A stretch of DNA of 64,000 nucleotides, from NCBI RefSeq assembly GCF_964204645.1, contig NC_134028.1, forward strand, positions 4,588,001 through 4,652,000, in the 5' to 3' direction. This stretch comes from Tubulanus polymorphus. Its lineage: Eukaryota; Animalia; Nemertea. The position numbers were made by a program, and so were the translations under genes. Below the pieces are notes generated by a model. It had not been told where the DNA came from, did not search any database, and was given only the letters and a program-made list of their open reading frames with translations. Below are positions 36,407-49,300 of the stretch, one piece after another (position 1 is the first letter of the stretch; each line of letters begins with the position of its first letter).

Positions 36407-37454
36407 GAACTACACTACAGTGACACAGTAATCTCGGCGGTGTTCAGCGATTCCAAGTGCATTTGTTTACAAATACAGCAGAGCATGCGCACTGCGAACA
36501 AAATGGTGGAAACTCTCTTGTGAAAAAAAAAACGATGGGTACTGATTATTTTGAACCGTGTATTCCCGTTACTCGATATTCCCGGAGGACTAGAAACAAA
36601 TGAATATTTTCCGCAAGAGAAATCAATTTTTGAACTGACATCTGTATTAGGCTATACCTGCCAATTCGATTTTTTTATGGCAGATCCGATTGATGAGTTC
36701 AACGCGTATTCCATTTTTTTCTCTTAGAAGGTAATTAAGAAATTCATTGTAATCTTCTCGTTTTCCTTTTATTTTCAAATGGAGCTAATTTCTAAATTAA
36801 CCACCAAGTCAAAATTCTTCAATCTTGCAAAAAATCCTCTCCGTTTCACCGACCTACGTATGTCACAGATTATGATTTCACAAAGAGGTTTATACCGTTA
36901 GAAAATTCTTGATACACTTAAGCTAAATCGAAATAGTAATCTTATTAGCGGACAGTGGTAAAGAAATTTTTCAAGTTTTTTTTTGTCGCAGAAAATTCAG
37001 AATTTCATTTGATCTGTTTCTAATAATTTTCTAATCTTATAAGCCCAAATTTCAGAAATGAATCAAACCTTAGTTACAGTTTCATCTTCTTTTCACCCAT
37101 CCTTTAAACTTTAGCATTAGTTTTCAATTTTCTAAGTTTCAACTAAGAATTGATTTAATATCTTCCTTTAATGCTTTGGGCCCAAATCTACAGTTCAATT
37201 TCTATATGAAATAAAGCTGATTTTCTGATTTTCTTTTCAGTTTCATTGACATCATTTAGCGTTTCTTACTAAGTCACTGACAATATTTTGAGTGTTTTCG
37301 TTACACTCCGTACGTGCTGAATGAGGTTGTTTTCGAATCGCTATGATTTCTATGAAAAATTCGATCAAACTGACGAGGCGTCCGTCACTTAGATTTCATC
37401 ATTTACATATTACCATGACAACTCCTAGTATGGTCACTCTGCAATCAAACTATA

Positions 37455-39520
37455 TGTAACCAGTAGTTACTATGTTTATTATAGCATCAGACCACAGGTT
37501 AGTAGCTCGAAGATGCGTAGGGCCGGACCCCAAAAATAGTACCTAGAGTGAAGAAGAGGTCCCCCATAAATGTTGCCATAATTTCTGCAAATGGGATAGG
37601 TAACGAATTGCGGTTATATGTATGAAATCCATCGATCCTGAGAGACAGATTTATGATGAAATAAGGGATTCCCTGGCCTTTTTCTGCTTGGAGTATGGGT
37701 ACCAAACACGGTGGGGGATTCCCTTAGATATTGGGCTCGGATGTACTGGCATACCTGTACTGGGATACCCCTCCTTTCTAAAGGTTTGATTATTTCAAAA
37801 GTTAGGTTGGGTATGTGGGGCGAAAACCACTTCAATGCGTAGCTAAGATGCTGGCCTATGAGCCATAAGCAGGATTTCCCCTGAATTTACGCGCTTATAT
37901 ATGAACTGAACTCTCGAATTTCTTGTTTTTACTATAGGCAAAAATACAAGTATTTTTGCTATAGGATATAGATTTTGGAATAGTGGTCTGAGCTCTGACT
38001 TAAGGGGTCACACAGTCAGGGTGTCTTAGAGTAGGTCTGCAACCGCAGTTTGCACTGAAGTTCCGGTAAACTTTCACCGAAAAGGAAATACTTGCAGGAC
38101 TCAGTGATCCATCATTTTCATGTGACACTTTCCTAGAAAATTCAAAATTTTACGTGGGCTGTATGGGGGTAAACTTGAGTGATCAGCAGTGAATTGGAAT
38201 TATTTAATCATTTCATTTAATTTTCGAGTTAAGTCTTTTGAGTTATTTCATGGGAATCTTTCTAAAATTCTAATTATAATTTATACCATAATTTTGAGCC
38301 ATTTTTCACTGCTGAGACATCTCAAATTAGGTTTTACTTATTATTTTGTGGTTAGTCATGTGACGTCCTGCAGGGGATCCCTGTAGGAGTGCATGGGCGC
38401 AACCAGGACTTGCTTTAGAGATTTTGAGAGAGAAGGATCTTAGCCAAAGACCTTCTGGAATCCCTTTCTATAATTTCCGTCTAAGTTCCACGACTTGTGG
38501 ACCGAACTGGACATTATAAATTTTCAAAATCATTACGCATAAGTTATTCTTTTACCGACGTGGTAATAGAACCTATTAGCTGAACGAAGAATACCTCGGA
38601 TTTGAGTCGACGAGTTAAGTAATCTGATCGAATGGTTACGGTTGATCGAATCGTGGATGTATTTTTGTACCAATATCAGATTCGAGTAGAACGTTCATCG
38701 GAAGGTGATTTATATCCATAGCGATCTGTAATGTTTGGAACGACATTTTCCTGGGGGTTGACTTAACACCCAGCGTATTTTAATCACATCGGATCACTTA
38801 TCTGTGGATTTTTGATAGCTGTACGGTTACCCGTCAGTAGTTACCAGACCCATGGTATACTTTTTTCCGTATTAGAACGGATCAAGTGCGACTGGAGAGC
38901 GGACTATTGCTAAATTAATGTTTCTTTCAATTCTCTGAGTTGGATCGCTTAGTTCGTGAACAATTACTGTTAGTGAGATTGCACCTTTTTACCGGTACTG
39001 GACTTTTTTGGCTTCGGGTGGGCTGCTGGAGTGGTGGTAAATTTTGCGTACGTTCGGAGCGGTGTTTTTGAACGTGTAAATTTGTTTAGTGTTTTATAAA
39101 AACTGACAAACTGACTGAGTCTCTGTGTTTCTGTGTTTTGTGTCCGCGTGTGTTTTGCGTCAAATGGAGCTAAATTTGGAGTCATCAATTTCGAACTATT
39201 TCGTCAGCGACTAGGAAGGTAGACAAAGAGATTCGCCATATGGTAGATTTTTATTTTTTTCTAATTCATGTCAAATTCTAAGATTTGAAGTAATTGATTT
39301 ATTTTGGTTATTTGAAGTATATAATTGAGTAATTTAAACTTAATTTTCTCTATTTGATAATTTGAATATTTTCTTTATTAATAATAAACTGTATATATAT
39401 TGTATATTCTATTCCAGTGTTGTGTTTTGTATTTTGTTGTCGGTAATGGGGATTTAGGAATTTAGATTTGGAGGACCCTACCACACGGTGGCCAATAACA
39501 TCTGGCAAGTGTGGGTTACA
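37455..39520 (+). mobile_element. Probable 2066-bp solo LTR (Gypsy-like)
   Basis: TGTAACC...GGTTACA termini; TATA on both sides (37451-37454 and 39521-39524); AATAAA near 39383. The paralogous locus at ~13170-13225 is contiguous across this site. Strand is inferred from the AATAAA only. Confidence 0.75.
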
Positions 39521-40351
39521 TATATAGTCAAATAAAAAGCACTTTTAGATACACGCTATAGGTCAAGTAAGCCTATACGGCAGAAATTTGACAATAAACA
39601 TTTCATGATTCCCTGGTTGGTACGACAGAGTGGGTTACTCCTCTACGATTGAGGCATAGCTCCGACAAATATATTCAAACCTCAGCATTCCCTCGCAGCC
39701 GATACCGAGGGTTGGAAGAAAAGCTCATCGGCGCTATCGCAAATACTTAATGTTTGTAAACATGGTTCATCAAGGCTTCCAAGTGCGGTAATACGTGTAA
39801 CTGTGTGGAAGATGAGCTGCGGCGCATTTCATCCTGACGTGTAATAAATTCGACAATTTCGGAACGGAATTGAATTTGGTAAATATTGGTGCGAATTATA
39901 TAAAAATAGGAATTTCTAATGAGTTGAGTAGTACATCGGAGTTGACCATTGGGGCAAGTATGGTTAAATCGGGGTTTGAATATTGTATTTGATTTGAAAT
40001 TACATGTATATGTGTACATTATGGTATTTATTTCCTACTCTTTTTTATATGCATGCACCAAGATATTTCTTAAAAAGTGATTTTGCCTACCATCCATGAA
40101 TCATTACGAAACACGTCCGATGTACTTCATCACTTCGGACGATGTTTCGGAGATACGATGCCCACAGAAATAAAACTCTGAAAACAGTGACTGATGTTGT
40201 TGTCAAAGCCATTTTTATTTCGATCATAAACGTAATAATATCTTGGCTAGAAATTGAATATTGAATATTCATCTGGAATATTTTAGTCTAAGCATATGCA
40301 CATATAAGAATATGTTGAAACAAATTTCTGGGCTTCTGGGTTCGAAAAGAA

Positions 40352-43300
40352 TTAATTTCTCATACAAGCTGGAGATATGGAATCAGTTGTTGAACGTGTG
40401 ACGCGAGTCGAACCAGACTCATTCTTATCACATTGTTTCGTATTTGACGAGTAGGTCAGAAACTTCAGCTCAACGTGTGTGACTTGACTCAAATCAACCG
40501 AGGAATCATCAGATATTTGTAGTGTCCAGGTTGTGAAGGGAGGTAAGGCAGAAAGTTCGTCTTGGTTCTCATTATACATGCAGCCTAATTCCGTAATTTC
40601 ACCTGCAAAATGATGAAAATAAAATAATATAGGCTACAATGTAGGCTTCCTATACGCAATACTTTGTGAAGACTTCCTGCTAAAAAAACCACAAATACAG
40701 GTACCATTGTAAATTATGAAAGCGATATTCGAGACGGCAAAATATCTTAAAAGGCGCAACTTGCATGATTTTAATGTCTCGTGTCAGTCGGGTCCAGTTG
40801 CACAAAATATGTGTGATGTAAACCAGTGTATGAGATCTAATGACATTGGTATTTATCCAAACTTAAACGAGCCTTCGAGCCTAGATGTTTTATCAGTAAT
40901 AATGATAATTACCTGTTGAAAGTATATATTTGTAGCCTATCGTTTTACCATCGCCGAAGAAACTATAAACCTTGCCGCGGTACCTGTCTGAGAATTCACC
41001 AGCCCTCGACAGCAAAATACCTAATTCATCATCGGTCGATTTAGCTCCGTGAACGACGATTCTCATTTCAACGATGCGAATTCTTTCGTAATCTGCAAAC
41101 GACGGCTCATCGATATCAATGACGAAATTTACGCTTCGATCCTTTTTCAAAAGCGTAATCGGGCATTCAGATTCGGTTAGCGCATCACCCGTGCAATTTT
41201 CGTTATCCCTCAGATTCAAGTAGATATTCAACGGTTTGCTGCTGCATTTGAGGTCGGGTTCCAGCTTGAACAGAGTGGCCGCTTGGATTTTCGTTAAGAC
41301 AGTCGACAGATCGTCTTTCAATAACGGTATGTTCTCTTTCGAACATTCGGTAAATTCGTTGTAGAATTTCGATTGGCAATACAAACGAATGACGCCATGA
41401 ACCAGTTCCCGATAATAAAACGACTGTCTATAAACTTTGCTCAGTAATTTCTTCGTCACCTTATTTTGTTTGAAGGATTTTTCATATTCTTCTTCCAGTT
41501 CAGATTTGTAAATCTCTGATAGTTGTAAACTTTGTCCAAGACGCGCAGCACTCTGCGCTTTGACGCCGATGTTGATGGCTTCTTTAGTCAGAGCTTCGCC
41601 CCAAACAGTCATCTCAATAAGCGAAGCCTTCGCTGTGTCGATATAAGCTGCGAGAAGTGGGATAATCATAGCGTCCAGTCGATGTTCTATCGTTGTCTTC
41701 AAGACTTGCCACTTTCCGATTTGTACTTTAAGTCGAGCTGTATCACTGACTGTACGCTTGTCATAGATACTTTCTATTGCGTTGCCTTGGATTCCAGTTT
41801 TGTAACTATTACTGGTTCGAATCACGCGTTTTATTATCTCTTCCATTTGTAGGATATCTCTAACAACCTTAGCCAAATCCAGGTACCCGTCAACTATAAC
41901 CGCAGGTCCATCAGCATTACCAAATATCCCAGAAATTACGCTCAAAATATCCAAATTATCCATATCAGCCATTTCAGCTCTAAGTCTCTTCATGTCTTCA
42001 GCGGATTTGTCTCGAGCCTTTTTAAACTCTAATTCTAACATACCTATAGTACTAGAAGCGACTCTGAACGCGGTCTCCGCGTCTGTCTTCAGACTCTTTA
42101 TGTGGTCCATTGGTTGCTGCATTTTGCTTATCGCTAACTTAACTCGTGAAAGCGACTCATCCGTATTTTGATCGCTTCTTTCTAGATATTGTATGTTGTC
42201 GACGTGATCTCGAAGCATCGTCGCTAGTACCTTCGCGTATCTTCTGTAAGTTTCCACAGATAGCGGAGGTACGTTGCGTACATCGGATTCTTTGTGTAAA
42301 ATCGCATCCATCACGTTCTGTCGCGCCAAATACGACATCTGCTGAAGTTCGTCATCCTTCGGGTGCCCGGAGTTTCTCAACGCTTCAGCAGATGCGACCG
42401 CGGCGACCTCTTGTAGCAAATCGACGCCGATATCGATATTATCCTGGTCGCCATTTTCTATGAGACTCTTTGCGCAAAACAGGGCTGTTTGTAAGAAGTC
42501 GAGGCGCTGAACGGGAATTGCGAAACTTTCCTTCGAAGCGACCGTGCATTGAAACGGAGCTATTATTTCCGACGCGACGAGTAGAAATGAACCATTATTA
42601 TTCTTTTCGTCATTGTATGAAATTGCTACCTGTGTTTTTGATGCGTCCGATGTTCTGATAAATTGGGTCGTACACCCGAGCAATTCTGTATTTGTCGATG
42701 GCTTGAAGTTGAATTTCAAATACGAACCTTCTTCCATGTAGAATGTCTTAGTGACGATTTTTAGACGGTATAATACATAAGCCCGGCCTCTGAACGAAAC
42801 GGAAAACGCGAAAATTCGCAACTCCTTCAGATCCGCCCGATCTTTGACTTCGGACAAAATCTCGTTCAAATCGACGTGAGTTTCGTAGATAGTGATGATC
42901 CCATCTTCGTCGTCACGTCTCAGGAATTCGGGTGAACCGCATTGAGAATAACAGTTCCTACGTCCACAAGGTGCAACGTCAGTGGACTGCTGCAGCTTAA
43001 TTTCTTTAAATTCTATCAGAGTGTTTATACTGAAACGGTTTTTAAGAGTAGACTAATAAGTTATACTCGTGACACCGTTTTTATTTCTATTTATGAGATC
43101 AAAGTAAATGAAGAGACTCTTTATTTCTTGTAACTGGTCAACGATATGCTTACGATCTATTTTTCAATTGGACCGAAAAGTATTAAAAACTGAGTATTTT
43201 TACGAACCAGAGGGCTAGATATTTTATTAACCCTGAGTCTATTGTATATCATTTTCAGACAGACCCCAAGTAAGTTAAAGAAATCTTACTCTAATTCCAA

Positions 43301-46300
43301 GATAGGAGAAGTTGAAATTAGTCTGTAGTGGATCAAAGATGACGAGTCAAAATTACTACAAAATAGAAAATTATCATTTTGTCAAATATCTCATTATAAT
43401 TATTTTAACATTTATAATCTTCATTACATTATAATTCATTTCAATGCTGTCATTCCGAAGGGAGTTTATATTTTCAAATTAATCCTCTACTTATTACACA
43501 TGGTTGTAAAAGATAACTCACATTTCTATTTTCTTTAGATGTTTAAGGTTACCAAACACATCCGGGGCTATAGTCACGATCTCTGAACTCGATAAATCTC
43601 TAAAATGCAATACCATATATGGTGTGATACAAGTAAATTGATAAACAGAAACTAATTATGGTTCACTCACAGCTCCTCCAAATTGTGTAGTCCGTCAAAA
43701 AATCCCTTCGGTATATTGCTGATCTTAGCCATTTTTCTGGAATTGGGAATTGATAAATGAAAACCTATTTTTCAAAACTAAACGGTTGGAAATGTTTTAG
43801 AATAATGATGATTCAATAACGTACACTTTGGTGACGTATTTGGCGCCTTCGAATAAATTATTGGGAAGTCTCACACCGGTAATATCAATCGCAGAAAAAT
43901 CGCTGAGAAAAAAAATACAGATGATTATTTATTTCTGGAATTCCTCTACTCGACAGCGTAACCCCTAGAACCTTTACAAAATTGCCGAATTGAAACTTCA
44001 TTTTGCAACGTTCAAACTTGCCAAATGCCTTCTAGACACGCTACCTGAGACTGAGTTTCAAACGAAATAAACACTGATTTTTATCTTATCAAATGTAAGA
44101 CTGTAATTTTGATTCATCTTGTGTTTATGATGTATTTTGATGGAGGCTCAGCTGTTTTGATAGATATACCTACATTTCTGTCTGGCCAGCTAATAGACTA
44201 CTATAAATAGTACGCCACATTTCTGAAAAAAAAAACACACGACAACAACCAATTACTTTGTCGATCCTGTATTTCAGTTTACCAATTGCTGTCTCTAAAT
44301 TGACTGTTTTTCATTTCGGTTAGGATCGCACCACAACTGTTTTATTTTAATTGTTTCTCTCTTAGTTTACTTGTCTTCATAATTGTTGGTTTATTCTTCA
44401 TTACGAGTTTCCCTCGATAAAACTGAACATAATGCTCTATATTACGATGTACTGACCGGTCGGTTTTGGTCCGTGGCACGTGCGAATGTAAGTGTCGCTT
44501 TGGACATTGTTGTCCAAATCGGGCTGCACTGCGAATAGTGCGCACAGGCCTAACTTAGACGCGTAAAACGTGCACTTGAAATCTCGAGCGTCGTAACATT
44601 TCGCTTGGCACAATTCGCGAGAAATGTTTAAATCCGACGGATAACTTTCAATCGATCTGAATCCAGGTGGAGGTATGACGTCCTCAATTCCGTAGAACTT
44701 ATCTGAAATTCATATTAGCTTTAACATCTTAATTCATATGTCTCCTTGACACAGCGGGAGGGATCTTTGTTGACCCGGATCCAATCTCAAAGTAATGTAA
44801 GCATAACCCTCGATTCAACTTAAGCGTTTTGTTGAAATTTATTCCAGAGACCTTCTATTGATTGAACTGGGATGGGCAACCCAATAGTTAACCCGATAGA
44901 CGCCGTTTATAGTCAATATATCAACTAACTACTGATTTACTTTTGGTTCATCATTTCATTTGATTAAGAGCCCATTCTACTCGCTACTGTGAGTTGATGC
45001 GGTACTCACCGTCTCCCTCTCTGATGTAAATTGAAGTTACATTTTCGGTTGATGGAAACATGCTTGATGTGAAGCATAGAAACGAATGCGGCTGATAATA
45101 AGCAGCGAAACAATATTTTGTACTCTCCATACAATAAGCCAAACATTCTTCAGCCGTTTGGAATCCTCTCAGATAGGTGATAACTGAAGTCATAATTTTA
45201 TTCGCTTTCTTCAGGAAACAACCAGTGTATTCATCCGCCATGTTTGCTGAAACAAAATCACCGAGTTTAGAATCAAGGAAATCGTTAGCACAGTCAGATC
45301 AGAAATCACCAACACCAGACCTAACACCCAACACAATCTCACAACAGCAGAACGACAAGCCATACTCACACTCGGAAGCAACAGGTATATCACCATCAAA
45401 CCAGCCGACAAAGGACTGTCATCATGAATCGAAGCGATAGCATCGACGAAGCACACCGCCAACTTAACAGCACCGATTTCTACCAAAAGTTCAACGAAAA
45501 CAGCACCGGCAAGTTCAAGAACTTAAAATTACCTCTACCCACCGGATTGAATCGTTATATTTTCGCTACAACCAGGATATTCCACCGCGCTCCCGCGGCT
45601 GATTAAGCCAAGGACAACGAAATACAAATACAAAATACAAATGGATATCAAATTGCTATACATACATTGCCATAGTTGTGCTTGTAGCGGTCGTTTCTTG
45701 TGGCAAACTCTTTTATAAAGAATCTTATCCTTAACGGGAGAAGTCAACTCCTCAAGCGGGAATCTATATATTTTGCAGTCGTTATTTCCATTGAATTCGT
45801 AACCGACGCATTCATGTTCACTGTATTTGGAACAGATCTTTTGGCAACCCTCCGAACTAGCGACTTGATTATCAACCTCTCCGGCTCCAGTGTAATCAGG
45901 CATTCCCTTATAATAACCTTAAGTTATCGAAAAGATGATGTATGAATAGAAATATTCTGTTAGGGAATATGTATTGCATTAGGGTCTTTATTGTAATCAT
46001 TGTACTGTCTATTTTTATATTTTTTCATGTTCTTTTCTAGTGCAACCCCTTGATTGGTTTAGCGACACAGGTTATCAAAATCGACGCTGATACATAACTG
46101 TTAGATCAATTAATCATCATTACATGCACGATATTACTCAGTTTTAATATGAAGTAAAAACTATTTGTTCATGACCAATCAGAGACGAGCGCGCGGCCAC
46201 TAAACAGATCGGATTTTTACGATCGAGGGCATTACTTACCATCTCCCAATTTCAAATGGAACTTGGATTTAGTCGCTGATTTTAGATGTACAAATCCACA

Positions 46301-49300
46301 AGTTGGTAAATTTCCATCAGTTCCATTAGTAAACTGTACCCCGATGCAGTAATGGGGAACTTCGAGGCAGCGGAACAAACATTGGTCAAGAGTTAGATTT
46401 CTCAGCGTGTATGATATTTCTTCCGTTTTCGCTATTTGGTATGGATTTTGTCTGAAGCACCCGTGAAAGTAATTATAAGGATGATCTAAAAATATGATAT
46501 AGAATTTAAAGAATTTTACCATGAACATTTAACCATCGTTCGTTCATTTTTTGCATATAATTGGAATAATAATCATTAATACATACGTGGCTTTGGATTA
46601 ACATAGCATCCGGCAATATTTACGCAATCTTCAACTTCAGTAGAATTACCCACACAGTCGGAACCGCCACCACTCTGAGGGGGGTTGTCACACTCTCTCG
46701 ACCGCTCGCGTGTTCCTTGGCCGCATTTTTTAGAGCACTGTGACCATCCACCCCAAGAACTCCAGAAGCCGTCAACTTTAAGTTAAGCAATAAAATAAAC
46801 AGTGGCGCTTTGATGAAATTTAAAATATATCAAGATCTTATTCAGTTCCTACGTTTGGTGTTAGAACATTTTGTATTTCAAGAAAATGAATTGGAATAAC
46901 TATGATTGGAATGACGCTTGATCGAAATCCGTTATTTTTTCGAATTTTGCGAATAATAACCTAATTTCTATCTGAAATGCTTCTGATGTGTAATCTTTGT
47001 TTCAATACCTGGACAATCTTTCAGCGTACATTCGACTTTATCCGACGCAGATCCTTCACATTGTTTACCGCGATGACGCGGTGTCGGGTTGTTACATATT
47101 CGACTGCGAATCTGCGATCCCTTTCCGCAGCTTGCCGAACACGGAGTGTATTTCGCCCATTCGCCCCATCCTCCGTCAACTGATAAATAAGATAAATTTG
47201 TGAGAACTGCAGAAGTATTCTGTGCTTTCTGAGGCGGTGCGAGCACCTGGTTTTCATAGCATAGGAAAATGCCTGTATGTATGCTAGAATATATTTGTGG
47301 AAAAAGAAAATCAAGACTATATGGTTCACGCGAATATCAAACATTGGTAAAATCTAAACCTACCTGCACAGCCTAGAATCTCGGTACGTAGGCAGCCCAG
47401 GTTGTTACTTATTCCCAGCACATTCAGCCGTATATATTGTGCTTTTAACACCCGCGAGAAATATGACGTAACAAGTTTTGAATTTTCGCTGTTCCCAGGA
47501 AATATCTGCAAAGTGAACAAAAAAGCGCTTTTTTCAAGTCTCAAAAAGCGAGAATTCAATAGCTCTCAAATATAGATCTGAAAGTCAGGGCCCAGTTTCG
47601 GCGTCGAAATGGCTTAGATTTATGACCAGTCTAAAATCTAATTAGTTCTAAAACCAATCTGAGAACTATTGACTGTCAAGAAGCTGTGTTAAAAGTCTCA
47701 AGATCTAAGGTGACTTCTGCAGTTAAGTCCCAGCACATGTAGGTTGGCCTGGAGGTGATTTTCACAAAGTTAATAGTATTGCAGCCCTATCATTTTGTTT
47801 ATGGTGGATTGAATTCGAGCAAGACCGCAACTCACATCATTACCGTCGGCGAGATAGACTTGATACCACGTGTCACGATCTTTACTGACAGTAATATTCA
47901 ATTTCGTTACAAATTTGTAGCCGTTATCGGTATCAAAACCTTGAATCTGGAGACCTGTAAGGAATGAGGAATCATGACATTACACATGCACAGAACAGTA
48001 ACAGGTACGTAACATGAAAAATTATTTTCGTCTTCCTCAGCAGCGCTTTCCAACATCTACTCCCTGGAAGTTATGCTTCCATAAAGTAGTCTTGTTATTT
48101 CATGAAGTCGAGCATCATATTCAAATAAAACTGTTTTAAGAATATTCATGCAATTTACCAGTTTAACCAATTTATGAATATAGCTATGCATGAATAAAAA
48201 CAAAATTCTGCGATCACCTACCGAAAACCTTCTCCTCATTAGGAAACTGTATTTCTAGAAACGATGGAAGTTGATCAGAGTTTACGCACCAAGCACCCGC
48301 GTTATTTTCAAGTCTAGCCTTATGTGGCATCGAATTGGAATCATAGTTATCTGCAGTGATTAGGATATCTTCAATTCTACCATCTTCTACACCAAGAGGT
48401 CGAGAACATTCTAAAGTCAATGAATAAAGAGAGAACTGAAATAAATCACCTTTATCATAAAACGATATACGCTATAACATCGTTTTCAGTTTTCAGTGAG
48501 TAAGTTTCCAAAGAAATAGTTGAACTGATATTTCTCATCAGATATTTCCAATCATTTGTTGTATGGAATCGACCTGAAACGGCATTCTATAAAAAAAAAA
48601 CTTAAAATGACGGGAAAATCAACTGTGACAATCGGGAGAAATTATGAATTAAGCTATATTCTTCCAAGACTATGTCAACGTGAAACATACATTTTCATAT
48701 CGCAACTAGTCATATCAACACGTCATCTTTCGATTAATGGGCACAGATTATTGTTTTTGCTTGTGACAGCAAAACATCGAGAGGAACTTGGTCGATTTTT
48801 TTAGGTCATACCTGTGTTAGGAACTTTACAGACAAAATAAAGATCCGCAAAACACGATGTCGCTACGTAATCTTGTGTCAAATAAAATTTGACGCAGTAG
48901 TCATCAGATGGAGTCATAGTCAATTGTGTAGCTGGGTGACCGACTAAATCATACCACTTCCTAGCATCTCTGTCATATCGAAATCCTCCAACAAAGTTTT
49001 TACCTATCATACTGAAAATAATCAATGACAAAGCCTTTTCTATGATGTCTACACCAGATGTTGATTCTAAGAGTCTAATCCGCAGACGCTAAACGTGTAT
49101 TACGTAATAGAGACAAAAATTCATCTGAATTCCGAGTAATCGCAAATTGATTGGATTGAAAACTACAAAAAAGCGTCCCCCGGGGACATAAGATTACTTG
49201 GACTTGTCGCATTTCACATTTGTATCCACTTATAATGACTTCAATCCTTGAGTTTAGAAAGATGAGAAGAAATAGAGAAATAAGGAAAAAGATATTTTTT

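Noticed and set aside
40893-42869. Copy B large exon appearing truncated relative to copy A (658 versus 707 aa)
   Set aside because: Artefact of ORF start-codon choice; the frame stays open upstream to the splice acceptor at ~43030.
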